Source: Chrysomallon squamiferum (Eukaryota; Animalia; Mollusca). Taken from it: DNA of 64,000 bases. The stretch is taken from assembly GCA_012295275.1 (NCBI GenBank), contig CM022673.1, forward strand, positions 1,364,001-1,428,000. The letters are read 5' to 3'. Under the pieces are notes generated by a model. It was not told the DNA's origin. It was given only the letters and a program-made list of their open reading frames with translations, and did not search any database. The stretch's first letter is position 1; each line of letters opens with the position of its first letter. This document shows, piece after piece, positions 1 through 16,870 of this stretch. Made by a program: the position numbers and the translations under genes.

Positions 1-2482
1 TATAAGTACGTGTCTGCATATATATATATATGCTAATGTATATTTGTATGTAGGTATGTATTGCACACATATGGTTGTGTGTATATTATATGTTTGTATA
101 TTTGCACATCTCTGTGTATATGTATGTATATATTATAATGTTTTTTTACCTATTCGTACAGCAGTGAAGGCGTGTGAATGCGCTCTTCAACTGTTATTTT
201 TATAATCATTTTCAAAACCAGCAATGTTAATCGTTGGGTGTCCTTGTAACACTATCCCTCACATCATCCTCCTCCTCCTCATCATCATCATCATTATCAT
301 CATATGGGAAATGGCGAAGAAGATGATTATTTTCATTTTAAATTAAATCCGATTAAATGGACTGAGATCAGAATTTCAAATGAAGATCATTGAAAGAAGA
401 TTTTTGACATATGCATTTTTTTTTTTTTTTGAAAGCAATTTAAAATTCGACCTTTGCCTAAGAATATTTTTTTTACCATGTAGTATTTGCAAATACTGCG
501 ACATTAATTTGACCTTTTTTAAAAATGTTTTGTATGCAATACAATAGTAACGTCTTAAATATTATATACCATCATCTTGTCTATATGTAATTAATATCTG
601 CATGTATCTGTTTGTGTCTGAATATATGCACACATGCATTTACGTATCTGTATAAATATGTGTGTAAGTATGTTTGTAGCATGTAATTCTGTGTGATATA
701 AAATGTGATCATGGAAATGATTCAGTTACTAGCTTCTTCCTGTAATGAATATAATTTTAATCATGCATGCCTATCACAGTCATATATAAGCATCTGCATT
801 TTTCTTCTAGTAATGTTACTAAACACAGATTACGTTTAAACATCAATTAATACAACAACAAAAAAAAAAAAAAAAGGTTCTTGTTTCGGAACATGCTCAC
901 CTAGACGTGAAATTCAAATTATTGCAGCGCTTTGATTCCTGCACAGACCATTCATCGACGTGCAGACTGCGAGTGTTTTGTCGTCATTAGCGGTAACATT
1001 CCGAGGAAGGACTTGTGTGTCCGCGTCGATGTTCGAGTTACTATTAGTTTTACAACTGCAGTAACCTGCGCGTGTAACTGTTTACCTAGATAGCTGATCA
1101 AGTTCGCGGAGCCAGCCGTCTCTGTATTGTCACAGCTGGTTGCAAATTTTTAAAATAAATTTAAAAAAAAAAAAAAATTAAACATTAAAAATAGTGATAA
1201 CAAATAATAAAAACACCACGAGCATCACTGTTATTTATTGAAATATACATATATATATATATAATAATTTAAAAAAAAAAATTTAAAAAAAATTTAAAAA
1301 ATAAAACGACTGATGCAGTATTTTGGTGTAAAAGTACACTTCACGTATGCGCACAGTGTTGTGACATCATTTTAATATTCTAAAAATGGAGGAATAACAA
1401 ATAGAAAAGCTGATTAACATACGGGACCACTGAAAAAAAATGATATGTACAGATGAAAAGCAGTCACGGGATTATTCTCAAGGTCATTTCAACTGATCTG
1501 TTTCTGCCTGATAAAAATAAAAGGTCAATAATGTTAATGTTAGAAAGCTTTACTCTGTGGAAGATTTTGAAATCATTCTTTCTTGGGCTATTTACAGTTT
1601 ATAACATTTCTCAACGACTGACGTATCACTGAACATGATGTGTTGGCTTTTTATTTTATGGGAAGGTTTAAACAAAAATCGTTTTGTGCTAATCGAAAAG
1701 AGTAGTTCAAAAAAAATAAAAATAAATAAAAGTTTGTAAATAAATAAATGTTTCAGCCTGTTTCGTTTCAAAGGACACAAGACTGAAAAATAAAATAGTC
1801 ATTAATTTATCATAATTACTTTGTCGTAAATTAATTTAGTTAAAATGAAATAACAGGCCACTTCAATATAGTCAAAATGAATTTAGGTCAATTATACTTA
1901 CTTATTATTTGTATTTAGTTAAATGTAAGTATTACGCTGTTTATATATAGTCAAGAAGAATTAAGCACTCTTATTATATTGTCGTAGCAGTTAGTTAAAC
2001 CTGTACATTTTAAATAACAGTTTATTTAAATATCTCTTGTAATACAAATCATTGATTATAAAATGAATTTGTTTGTAAATAATGACCTACACAGACTGTG
2101 CCATTATGCAGCTATATCCATCCTGACATGAATTAAAACAATATTCTACTCTGTCGTTTACTCCTTCAGTTCTTTGGTTCCTGTGTGTTTTCAGTGAATT
2201 TTGTCTAATTTTAAGATAGGCATTTTCCTTTCATTTCTTATTTACATTCATTTTCCGTTTCTTATTTACATTCATTTTATACATTGTTACTTTTCAACAC
2301 GTCTCAGGAAAGATAACTCTTTACAGACTTTAGTGCCTCTAATTGTGTAGTTTTCTTTAGTTTCGTGCGATGCTTAATAATAAAGTAATACTGTTCGGTT
2401 GTTGTCATTATATTGCTTAGTTACTGAAGCACTTGTTTTAATTTGGCAAGAAAAATGGCATAAATATATATATATACACACA

Positions 2483-2513
<31 letters not shown>

Positions 2514-3382
2514 CCAAGGTATTTATTTAGGAAATAGCGTCCAATCTTTGTTAACAATAAAGTATAATATATGGATGGTTACATAAAACATACAGCGTTA
2601 TTTTCCATTTTATAGCTATTGTTGTCACTGGTCATTAACGGATTAGCTTTTTATATTTCTTGAATGACTGATTAAAAATATTTTAATATTACATGTCACA
2701 TGGCTAGATCGATCATTTGTCGGTCGTCTGCAATATTGCGACAACTAATCATCTGAACGAGCACTTTTCACCACGCAGTTCAAATGTTTCTCAAATAAAT
2801 TAAATCATTTATTGAAATTTTTCAAAACTTTTTAAAAATGTTCAATACCTACGTTTTTACTCAGAGATTTTTACTTGTTTGATTTTTAAATTTATAATGT
2901 TTTATTTTATATTATTATTGTGTGTGTGTGTGTGTGTGTGTGTGTTTATTTTGTTATTATTAATATTTTATTATTACTTTTTATTTATTAAATAAATAAC
3001 TAAATAAATAAATAGAAAAATAGTTAGACATATAAATAGATAAATCAATAAATAATTAAATAAATAAAAATAATAATAATAGAGAAAATATCACACAAAC
3101 AAGAATACCTTTATTCTATTTTTTTTATATATATATTCATCCATCTCTTTCTCACACACACAACACACACTCTCTCTATCATTCGCCGTCTTTCTATCAT
3201 TTTTGTTCTCTTTTTCACTCTATCTCTCCATTTAACCTATTTCTTGCTATTTTTATTTTATCATTATTATTATCCCCCTTGTTGTCCATCTTCTTAAGTA
3301 ATAATCGTTTCCTAATTTTTTTTTTGTGCGTGTACCTGCATGAAAGAATAAGTCTTTTAAATACGAAAAAAAAAAAAAAAAA

Positions 3383-3418
<36 letters not shown>

Positions 3419-3845
3419 CCCAACAAAGGGAAAATAATAAATTATTGTTCAATTATTGCTCACAAATATAAAAATTACGAAAAAAAAAACAATATTTTCA
3501 AATTTAAAAAGAAAAGAAAATGTTCCATATTATTTATACTCTGTTTTGCTATACATTTGCTTATTATTGACATTCATATTCCAAAAAAAAAAAAAATAAT
3601 AATAATAATAATTATAACCGGAAAAAAAAATCGATTATTAAGGTCATATGCACTTATATCGGACATTCACATCATTGTAATGTCAACAAACAAAAGATAT
3701 AAATATAGATTTTATAATTATATATTTTTATTATTATTTTAGATTTTTTTTGCAATTGTTATTGAAGAGAATGTTTTGGAAGCTTAATTTTGCCATGTTT
3801 TTTTTTTTTTTTTTTTTTTTTTTTTTGTTTTTTAGTTCATGTTTT

Positions 3846-3885
<40 letters not shown>

Positions 3886-5593
3886 TTTATTTATTTATTT
3901 ATTGGTTTCGGTTTTTGTTAAGTGTTTGTTTATACGTATATTTGTTTATGTTTTGTTTTTATTATTAGTGCTGTTTGTTTTGTTTGCATTTTTGTTGTTG
4001 TTACTGTTTCTGTTTTGTTTTGTTTTTGTTTTATTTGTAGTAGTATTTGCAACAAATTTAAGAATAACGTCCTGTAGTTAAAAATTTTGAATTTTGAATT
4101 ATAATGCATTGTTTTCATTGTAATGTATTAACGAGTACAATGATTCAATTATTTAGAATAACAGTCAGTTAAAACCACCATTCTCGTTTCTGAAATTCTG
4201 CAATCGCCTTGAGTTGGCTTATACTATTAAAAAACTAGCGTAAAATTTCAAATGGAAATCCTGTATATAAAATAAATTAAACTACAAATTGATTTCACAC
4301 ACACACACACACACACACACAAAAAAAAAACACACACACGTTTGTATTTGTGTTTGTATGTATTAGTTTTTGTGGGGCAATGTATGTACGTAATGAACGC
4401 TTATAGGTATATATGTACGTGTTAATATGTTGCGCTTTAATTATTGACAACTGAGTTATATTACCGAAATTTTGCTATTTCTGTAACATGACGGCATATT
4501 CACGAAATGTCGATATCTGAGTTACAGAAAAACACGAATTCAAGGCTAACTAACGATTGGAAATATTTTTTCCAATATGAAGAAAGCGAATCAAATAAAG
4601 AAAAATTAAAGCAAGATAAAATAAAAATAAAGAAAATGTGAGGAAAAGAAACTTATGAATTAGAATAAGAGATCTAAATAAAAAAAAATAAAAAATAAAA
4701 AATAAAAACAGAAAAAAAAAAAGAGGTTTTTGTTGGTTGTTAGTTGGTGTATTTTTATCTTTGTTAATTCTGATGTATTTTCATATCATCAGTTTAATTT
4801 ACTTCGTGTTATAGGTCAAACGTCTATGTTTTTTGATCTAAGAAACACAGCAATATTTCTTTTTCTTTTGACTGAGACGTCTCTATTTCTATATGTTCCT
4901 CTGATTCTAGATTAATCGTTTAAACATTTTGTTGTAAATCGTACGTTTGCATTTCTGGTTTTTATATTTCATGTTATTTTAGATCACATGTCTGTGTCGT
5001 TTTTTTTTTTTTTGTCTTTTTGTTCTTCTTTATCGATACCGTAACATATACTTTGTTCTTGTAAATCATACGTCTGTATTTCTTGTTCTTTCAGATCATA
5101 CTTCTATATTTCTATATTTTGTGTTCTTCTAAATCGTTTGTCTTATAAGTTATATAAAACTGTCCTTAAACTGTTCGATATTGTTTGATCGTGTAAATCA
5201 GACTGTATAGAACCTATTTTTCTACAACTTCAAATAGCGTAATACTAGCTGTTTTTTTAAACCAAATGGTATCATATTACTTGTTATTTTAAATCAGATG
5301 CTATTATATTGCTTGTTCTTTTGCACCAGATGGTATCATGTTTTTTCAGTCAATGACTTTACAGTTATCTGATTTGCTCATTTCTCCTCTTTAAGATCAG
5401 ACAGTCTCTCAGATCGGATGTCCTGTCATTTATCTGTTATTCAAATGACATTTTTTCAGTATCTGACAACGCTGGTGATACTAATACTCTGAGTACAATC
5501 AACTCAAATGTCTTCACGTCTCCGGAACTTGTTTTTCTCGTTATTATTTTATTTCTTAATGCATTGTTTCTGTTGTCATCTTAAAGGACATAA

Positions 5594-5669
<76 letters not shown>

Positions 5670-6261
5670 TTAATAAATCATTAAATATAATTATAGAATT
5701 ATATATACGATTTATCTTTTTAATTTTTATTTTTTTCCCTCCGGAAGCTCTTTCTGGCTAAACGTTAACAAATTCTTTCAATTTTTTAATTTTCTATTAG
5801 TTAAGTATTTCTTAGGAAACATAATGTTACTTTAATATCAACTCGTAATTACTAAGGACCAGTTTGGGCTAAAAATTATGTATAAGACTTTTAATAACAA
5901 AATGTAATGTTGTTGTTATTTTGGGGGGGGGAGTTGTGGATTTTTTTTGTGTGTGTTTCTTTAGAAACAGCGTTAGATTCCAGGTTTGTCATATGCAATG
6001 AAGAAGAAAAACACGTGTAACACATACACACTCATACACACAGACATACAGACAATTAAATAGAGAACCACACACGATACGCATATACATAAATATATAT
6101 ATAAAAACACGTACATACTCACAACATATACACGCATACATATATACAACAAAGACACATTCAGACACACAAAACAGTATACACAAACATACACTGACAC
6201 GTATTTTCCTGGATATATGAAAGAGTCCTCGCTACTAACTGAAGAGAGTAAACGCACAGAG

Positions 6262-7114
6262 CAGTGATTCTCAACCAGTGTGCCGTGATCTTCCTAAGTG
6301 TGCCGCAAAATTTGGTAGAAAAAGAAAATCCAAATCTCATTCGTACTCATTGCTTTCTACATAGAGAAGTTCTTGCTTCAAAAATATCGCAGGAAGATTT
6401 AAAGGTTGTGTTACATCAAGTTATTGGAATTACCAATTATATAAAAAGAAGGCCATTAAGTCACGATTATTTGAACAACTGTGCAAAGAGATGGACTCTC
6501 AGCATGTTAAGTTATTAATGCACACCTTGCTGGCTGACGAAAAGCAAAGTACTAAATCGTGTTCACGAACTGCACGAGGAATTACTACCATTTTTTCTTC
6601 AAGAAAAGCAGGAGTAGTTCTGTGAATACCTTAGTTGCGAATTTTGAATGTCTAAAATGGAATACCTAACAGAAATATTTAGTGAACTAAATAAAACAAA
6701 CAACTGTATGCAAGGTAAAAACAAAATATTCTCACTTCAACAGACGAGTTAGTTGCCCTCACAAAGAAAATTGTGATTTAGAAAAAAAGAGCAATCACTG
6801 GCAATCTTGATACGTTCCCTTTATTGCGTTCTACCTGCATTAGAGAAATGATCCCTATTGTGTTTACTCATCTGACAGCCCTGGACGAAAGCATCAACAA
6901 TTACTTTCCGTTATTAAAGACAGAAAAGTATGACTGGATTAGAGATCCTTTCATAAATCATTCTTCCAACATTAAACTTGAGTTACAGTTCTATGCTGTC
7001 TATGTTTTTATTTTGTAAAATTCAAATATTTTTCATATATATTTAGCCAGGAGTGCCGCTATTTTTTCATGTGTTCCAAGGTGTGGCGTTGGCAAAAAAG
7101 GTTGAGAACCACTG
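6262..7114 (+). mobile_element. Internally deleted hAT (Buster/Charlie-like) DNA transposon with a decayed transposase fragment
   Basis: TIRs CAGTGATTCTCAACC (6262) and GGTTGAGAACCACTG (ends 7114). The flanks form an imperfect 8-bp TSD, gcacagag/ccatagag. The internal peptide THCFLHREVLASK carries the CxxH motif of ZBED5/SCAND3/FAM200-type transposases; YDWIRDPF also occurs. The frame is interrupted by stops and frameshifts. Confidence 0.88.
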
Positions 7115-7383
7115 CCATAGAGAGATGATAGTAATTTTTCTCTTTTATTTTAGAATTATGCAACAATTTATGCTATACATATAACCATTTATATATAGTA
7201 ATCAGTTAAACACACAAACACTCATACAGTCAAAAAACTTTAATGTAGCTAGATGTCCCCATATCCATGTATGTATACATGTATGAAGATGTGTATGTGT
7301 ATTTATGTGTTTGTGTATGTATGTGGGTGTTTGTGCCTGTATAGGCAGAGAGAGAAAGAGCAAGACAAATAGTGTACTTGCAC

Positions 7384-7424
<41 letters not shown>

Positions 7425-7578
7425 TGATAGCTTATTCATATATTATGTCTAAACTTACAAACACATTGTATATAATGAAGTCCATGTCTGAAATAATTTC
7501 GTTACGTGAACCGAACCTTCTTTAACGCTAGATCTGCTTTTATGTCAGAACCACTTGGCACTTGCAATCGTTTCTGTT

Positions 7579-8754
7579 TTATTTGTTACACTGGCATTTC
7601 AACCACGTCGTTATTTTCTTTCTGGCTAGCGGCAGCGAGACGGTGTAGATCACGGGATCTACGACGACGTTGACTATCCCAAACAAGACGACGAGCAGCG
7701 ACCACGTGCCTGACTGAGTGTCTTGCATGAGGAAGACCAGATTGACAATCCACGGGATGATGCAGAACGAGTGCATGACAAGCAGCAAGCCGACGATGAC
7801 CGTGGCCGTCAGTTCTCGCGACTGTCTGCGCGCTGTCTGTCTGTAAACACTGGCCAGCGTTTTCTCAGGGACGCTGGAAGTTGTCCCGGTTTCAGAGGAA
7901 CCTGCAGTTTTTGCTCTAACGTCGATTCGTTTAAGATTATTCCGCACAGCGAATTCCGTGTCGTTTTCTAAGCTTTTCTCAGCCTTCCTCTGTTCTTCTT
8001 TACTGGTGGAAACCACTTTAGAAATGTTCCTAACAGTAAACTCAGTAGATGCATTTTCCGACACTTCCGATGGCAGTGGCTGGTTCTGAGTTGTTACGGC
8101 TGCAGGGGACACTTTTCTTCTGTGTGTGTGCACTCGAAGAAGCACGCAGATCGAAGCCGTGTACAGAATTACGTATATCAAATAGTTGACGATGTAAGCG
8201 ACCAAAAAGTACCTCGTGGTTATGTGCATGAACCTAAGCGACATTCTAAAATTACAAAACGGCGGCGGTTTCCTGGTGAGAAAAGCAGAGATAATCCAGA
8301 TACCCACAACTAGACGAGTGACTCTTGTCCTGGTGAATATTCGCTTTGAGTGAGACACTGCAAGCAGGTTCTTAACTGAGACAATCCTCACGATGCTTAT
8401 CAGCGTCAGCAACGTGGTTGAAATCTGCGTGGCCAACAGCCAGCAGGTGTAAACCAGAGTGCACAGTACGGTGGGGACAGCCTGTGCTGACACCAACGAC
8501 ATGTAGAAAAATATGGACACAATGACAGAGCCGTCCACTGCTATACAGACGTTGCTGAAAGCCAGACTGGCCATGATCAGGTAGACCACGTTGGTCTTGC
8601 TTCTTTTCATCAGAAAAACGCACGTGACAATGTTTTCGATAATTGCAACGACATACAGAAGCAGCAGCAACGTCGGCGTCCTGTAATTTATAAGTGTTGT
8701 AGTCGTCGTATTTGTTGTGGATGGGGTGATGATAGCATTATATACCATAATCAA
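7579..8754 (-). CDS. Orphan rhodopsin-like (class A) GPCR, 391 aa, intronless CDS
   Basis: Seven hydrophobic segments: TM1 ..IIENIVT, TM2 SLAFSN, TM3 LISIVRI (DRY equivalent), TM4 IWIISA, TM5 VILYTASI, TM6 FCIIPW, TM7 DPVIY. Also an N-terminal Thr-rich segment with an NTT sequon and C-terminal Cys residues. Confidence 0.85.
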   Translation of the reverse strand: MIMVYNAIITPSTTNTTTTTLINYRTPTLLLLLYVVAIIENIVTCVFLMKRSKTNVVYLIMASLAFSNVCIAVDGSVIVSIFFYMSLVSAQAVPTVLCTLVYTCWLLATQISTTLLTLISIVRIVSVKNLLAVSHSKRIFTRTRVTRLVVGIWIISAFLTRKPPPFCNFRMSLRFMHITTRYFLVAYIVNYLIYVILYTASICVLLRVHTHRRKVSPAAVTTQNQPLPSEVSENASTEFTVRNISKVVSTSKEEQRKAEKSLENDTEFAVRNNLKRIDVRAKTAGSSETGTTSSVPEKTLASVYRQTARRQSRELTATVIVGLLLVMHSFCIIPWIVNLVFLMQDTQSGTWSLLVVLFGIVNVVVDPVIYTVSLPLARKKITTWLKCQCNK

Positions 8755-9764
8755 GTAATTTTCCTCTGGTCTGATTTCAGATCACTTGTTTCTGTAAAAA
8801 AAAAAAAAAAAAAAAAATTACAAAAATAAATAGATAAACAAACAAATGATATGACAAAATGAATAACTATATCAGAAATAAAGCTCTATATTACACATAA
8901 GTGTTAACATATCCCATGACGAAACCAGTTGAAAAGACGGTTTATGATGGCATGAATGTAATTCGTCTTTTTAAAACCTGGTTAGTAAAAAAGTCTCTGA
9001 AAATATTACACTGCTAAGTTAGAATTATGGAATATAACTTCCAAGATTAAATGAATTTCATTATAAGAAAATAATATCAGAGGCGAAAAAATAATGTGAG
9101 CCCGCGTATAAGAATAAGCACAATTTAGTTGTTCTTTTTTCGTGGGAAATAATTTATAGAAAAAGTCAAATATATCTTTCCGGGAAATTCCTTTGTAGTA
9201 TTTGCACAGCGCCAACTTTTTCAGTTCAACATGTTAAACAAGTTAAATAGTTGAATCCTTATCCGAACTGCAGAGTAGCATGTTGGATACGATGTGATGA
9301 AAGCCAAGACTAAAATGGCTGAAATCATTTTTTTCTCCCCTCCCAGTCTCACTACTTTTAGTACAACGCGGTGGTAATTTGAAATGTTGGCCAAATCAGT
9401 ATCTGTATGTTTAATCATGTCAATGATTAGAAAGTTTCAGAATACGTTTTTTTTGTTTTTTTTGTTTTTTTTAGATAAGATGCGTTAAAGATAAGTGCGG
9501 GGTTTTGGGGCTTATTACTTAAACTGGTTAAAAACAACTAAATAAGCTTGATTATATTGAGAGAGAACAGGTTGCAACATCAGTTGCTTTAGCCAATGCT
9601 GGTTTATCAGAGGTTTATCAAAGACTGTGGAATAGTTATTCCTGTCTTTGAAAAGGATTAGATGAAAAACATCTTATAATATAAAGCAATAATGAGAGCT
9701 ATGTAGATGCAGTTTCTTCTTTCTTTTAAATGTTATACAAAAAAAAAAGCTATGACTGACTTAT

Positions 9765-9766
<2 letters not shown>

Positions 9767-9857
<91 letters not shown>
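9767..9857. repeat. (GA)n microsatellite; representative of many (CA)n, (GA)n, (TAA)n and (CATA)n tracts (e.g. 5594-5667, 37565-37710, 50065-50134, 50617-50744)
   Basis: Directly visible. Confidence 0.95.
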
Positions 9858-9862
<5 letters not shown>

Positions 9863-10595
9863 CATCTACAATAATTGTCATGGATTTTATAAATCATCAA
9901 TCAACTGAATTCATAATTTTGTTTAAATTCTTAACTGATTATAATCAAGAATTATGTCAGTTAAGCTACACATACAGAAATATTTGCTTTTCATATTTGG
10001 TTGCAAATCTAAATAGAACATATGGACAGACATGCATACATATACATATATGAATAGATATATAAAATATACGCACACACAGCAGTACAGAAAGACATAC
10101 ATACATACATACATACATACATACAAAAAAAAAAACACCAAAAAAAACAAAAAACATTTCAGTACGTAGAAATACACACACACAAAAACATTCATACTAA
10201 ATTATCATGGTTTTTAATTTCGAAATAAAATTTCAAGCCGACAAAAGGCGTAGAAAGAGATATTTGTCGTACAATGCAGTAAATTTAAAATATATATATA
10301 TATATGAAACAGAAAGTTTATATTAGATGACCAGATATTAAGATATAAAAGATTTATGCAGAACGTAAAGTTATTATTTTTTTTTTATATATATCTAAAA
10401 TTAATTTGAAAACACGAAATATCATAGCTAATATAAACGTAAATTCAATTGTTCCAGATATCTAAATTCTAAGATATCAAATTTTATAAATATAAACGTA
10501 AAAAATTTATTTTTGATGATCTAAATTCTAAGTTTTGAAGTATTACTGTTAAATGTAAATATTTTATTCTATATATAATATTAATATAATCTTAC

Positions 10596-10700
10596 CTGTT
10601 TCTAAAAACTGAAGCCACCAGAATGTACCCAGCAAACGCCTGTGATGACGAATTGCTATCTTCTCTTTTCAAGTCTCGCTCTCGGTTATGTACGGCTTAA
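10596..10700 (-). other. Probable non-coding 5' exon of the GPCR (intron 8792-10595); upstream boundary approximate
   Basis: Minus-strand donor CAG|GTAAGA at 10596/10595. A strong acceptor (T)n-ACAG at 8792-8794 lies 37 nt upstream of the GPCR ATG. Confidence 0.45.
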
Positions 10701-12276
10701 AGGTTGGCGTCCAGTCGATTATGAATAATCTCACCTATGAGATCTGTATATTATTATTCATACGAATGTGAGTTATAAAATTTGGCATTAAATTCTGCTA
10801 ACACATACGTATTTGCCTGAAATAACTTTTAAACAAGATCTTCTTGACTTCTGAATGTCTAGAACATCATTAACATTTCAGAGTAGCCATGACAATTACA
10901 TTAAGTACATTTACGTAAAACAGTCTACTACAGAAAAAATTATAAATAACTCTCTCATTTGTCTAAATAGTTTTAAAATTACTGTCAAACACTGAACTCT
11001 TTTCTCTCGGGAATAATCAAAACCGACTTCACAGTGCGTTCAGAAATTGATCGTGATTTAGTTCAGTTTGCGTGCAACAGAAACTGTTAATATATAAGAA
11101 TCTAAATAAATCTTAAGACAGTATCATTTTTATCACTAATTTAGTTAATTAATGGGACAGGATAGCATTGATCTAAAAAAACACGAACATCAGAAAATAA
11201 TCAAAAATGGAAAATAAAAATAAAAAGCTAAAACAAAACATAACGCCAAGCGTCTGGGGAGAGATTTGACCAAGCCCGAAACCATTAGCAGAGAAACAGA
11301 AACACACACACACACACACGCACACTATTACCACGCAAGTCGAGGCATTTGTTCAGACAACGGAAGTGTCATTAACTGAACATAAAAATGGACGTTTTAC
11401 TGTGGTATAACTTGAAGTGAAATGGATGTTCGTAACAGACCATCGTTACGTTTGATTGACTGATACAGTAATAAAACCTGAGTCAAAAAATTAGCAATCT
11501 TAACATACTTTTTATTTTTTTTAGTAATACGCCCCACACGTAGATGGAGACTGATTTCATCAGCAATTAATCAGAATTGTTTGTGCTAAAGGGAAAGCTT
11601 GAAGCACAGTGACAATGTTCATCTAGACCAAACTTTCTCATCTTATCGGTCGCAGCGCTTTAACTTCACTGGCACTACTACGGCAGCACAAATTTTACGT
11701 AAAATCTGAAAGATTAACACGTGATTTTCCAGTCTTTTCTAGCAGTGAACCCCTGTGCTACATACAGGTAATGGGTGCGTGTACATGTTTCCACGATAAC
11801 TTACTTCATCCCTTTATGATTCACATTAATGATTAAACTCAAAATAAAACCAGTTATTAATATTATTATTGCTTTTTATTAACAACTTTAAAACTGTCCG
11901 ATCAAAAAATGAATACTGCATGTCTTGTGTACGGCATCTGACAGTCATAGGAAATTCATGGAGTATGAGTGGTTATACTGACCACAGCCTCGTTGTGTTA
12001 AAATGAGACGTTGAATGTGCTGAGGCGACATCTTTCCTACGACAGCACGAGACAGTACGGTAGCAGTTTGCGCACCCGGATCTAGACTATACGATTTCTA
12101 TTTGTTACGTCGCCACTTCTTTTATTCAGATTTATGGCTAATCATTTGTTTAATGATAATTTGCTGCAGTTATCTATTCATGTCTCTTTTTTATTATATT
12201 ATGTATTTTATTATAATCTTTTCTTTTTTTTTTTTTATATTGAGAATCGTAAATTTTTCAAAGATTAAATAGGCTG

Positions 12277-12330
<54 letters not shown>

Positions 12331-12370
12331 CACTTCTACTAATACCACTTTTGTTTATTTTTTTTTTTTT

Positions 12371-12414
<44 letters not shown>

Positions 12415-13077
12415 ATTCTTTTTCAAAAGATCCCATTTTGATGATGCAGCCAACAAAGAAAACAGACATTTAGAACCACACACACACACACCCACATATC
12501 GGCAAAACAGTATGAATATTTAGTTTTCATTATTTTCAGTTTAAACATGTATAAACTGGTGTTTTTTTATATATTTATTCTCTTTTTCTTTTCATTTGAT
12601 TATCTCCTCAAAATTCACACATTACACTTTCATTTTTATACTGTCCCTGACAACGTGATTACTATAATTATCCAGTTTCCATTTAGCAATCAAAGAAGTG
12701 AAAGAAGTTAAAGATTTTGTTGTACTATAGTGATACAACTACATTCACTGTCATACTGACATATCTCTGTTGAAAGTTTTATTGATTATGTCATACGATG
12801 ACAATGAATATAATGCCAACAATGTGTTTCTCATTAGAAATGTTTACAGAAACAGATGTTTGTGAAAAAAAAGAAAAAAAGAAATGAAATATAAAAAGAA
12901 AAATTAATTTTTTTATTCAAATTAACAAAATATGACATTTATTTACAGTAAAATCAGCTATTTGAAGAGTGGAATTTAAAAAAAAAAAAAAAAAAAAATG
13001 TTTGTTTATTTTAAATGAAATAACATAAAAAATATAAAAGCATTTATAACTTATTTATTTACAGTAACATACAAGTA

Positions 13078-16592
<3,515 letters not shown>

Positions 16593-16831
16593 TTCGATTG
16601 TTTTATTTTCTTCTTCCTACAACTACACGTGTAGATATCATTTCCGGGTATAAATGAACCAAATGGTTAACAGAATATTATTTTAATTTTTGCCATTTTT
16701 ATATTAATAGTTACATGAAATATTGGTATTATTCTAATGTGGTTTAATTATTATATTTGTTATTTAAAAAAAAACCGCTATATATTTGTAGAAATGACAT
16801 CAACAGAGTTTCGTTGTAGATTACAGCTGAC
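16593..16831. promoter_or_regulatory. Putative bidirectional promoter shared by METTL1 (-) and MFSD5 (+)
   Basis: About 240 bp separate the METTL1 ATG from an ATG-containing exon on the opposite strand. The interval holds the palindrome CTACACGTGTAG (E-box core, 16623-16634) and an ETS-like TTTCCGG. Confidence 0.6.
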
Positions 16832-16870
16832 ATGGCAGCCTCCATGGGAATTTTTGACAAGTGGCGATTT
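16832..16870 (+). other. MFSD5: Probable MFSD5 first exon carrying a uORF start (MAASMGIFDKWRF); intron 16871-17703
   Basis: Donor GTAAGT at 16871; polypyrimidine tract plus CAG acceptor at 17701-17703, 63 nt before the main ATG. Confidence 0.6.
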
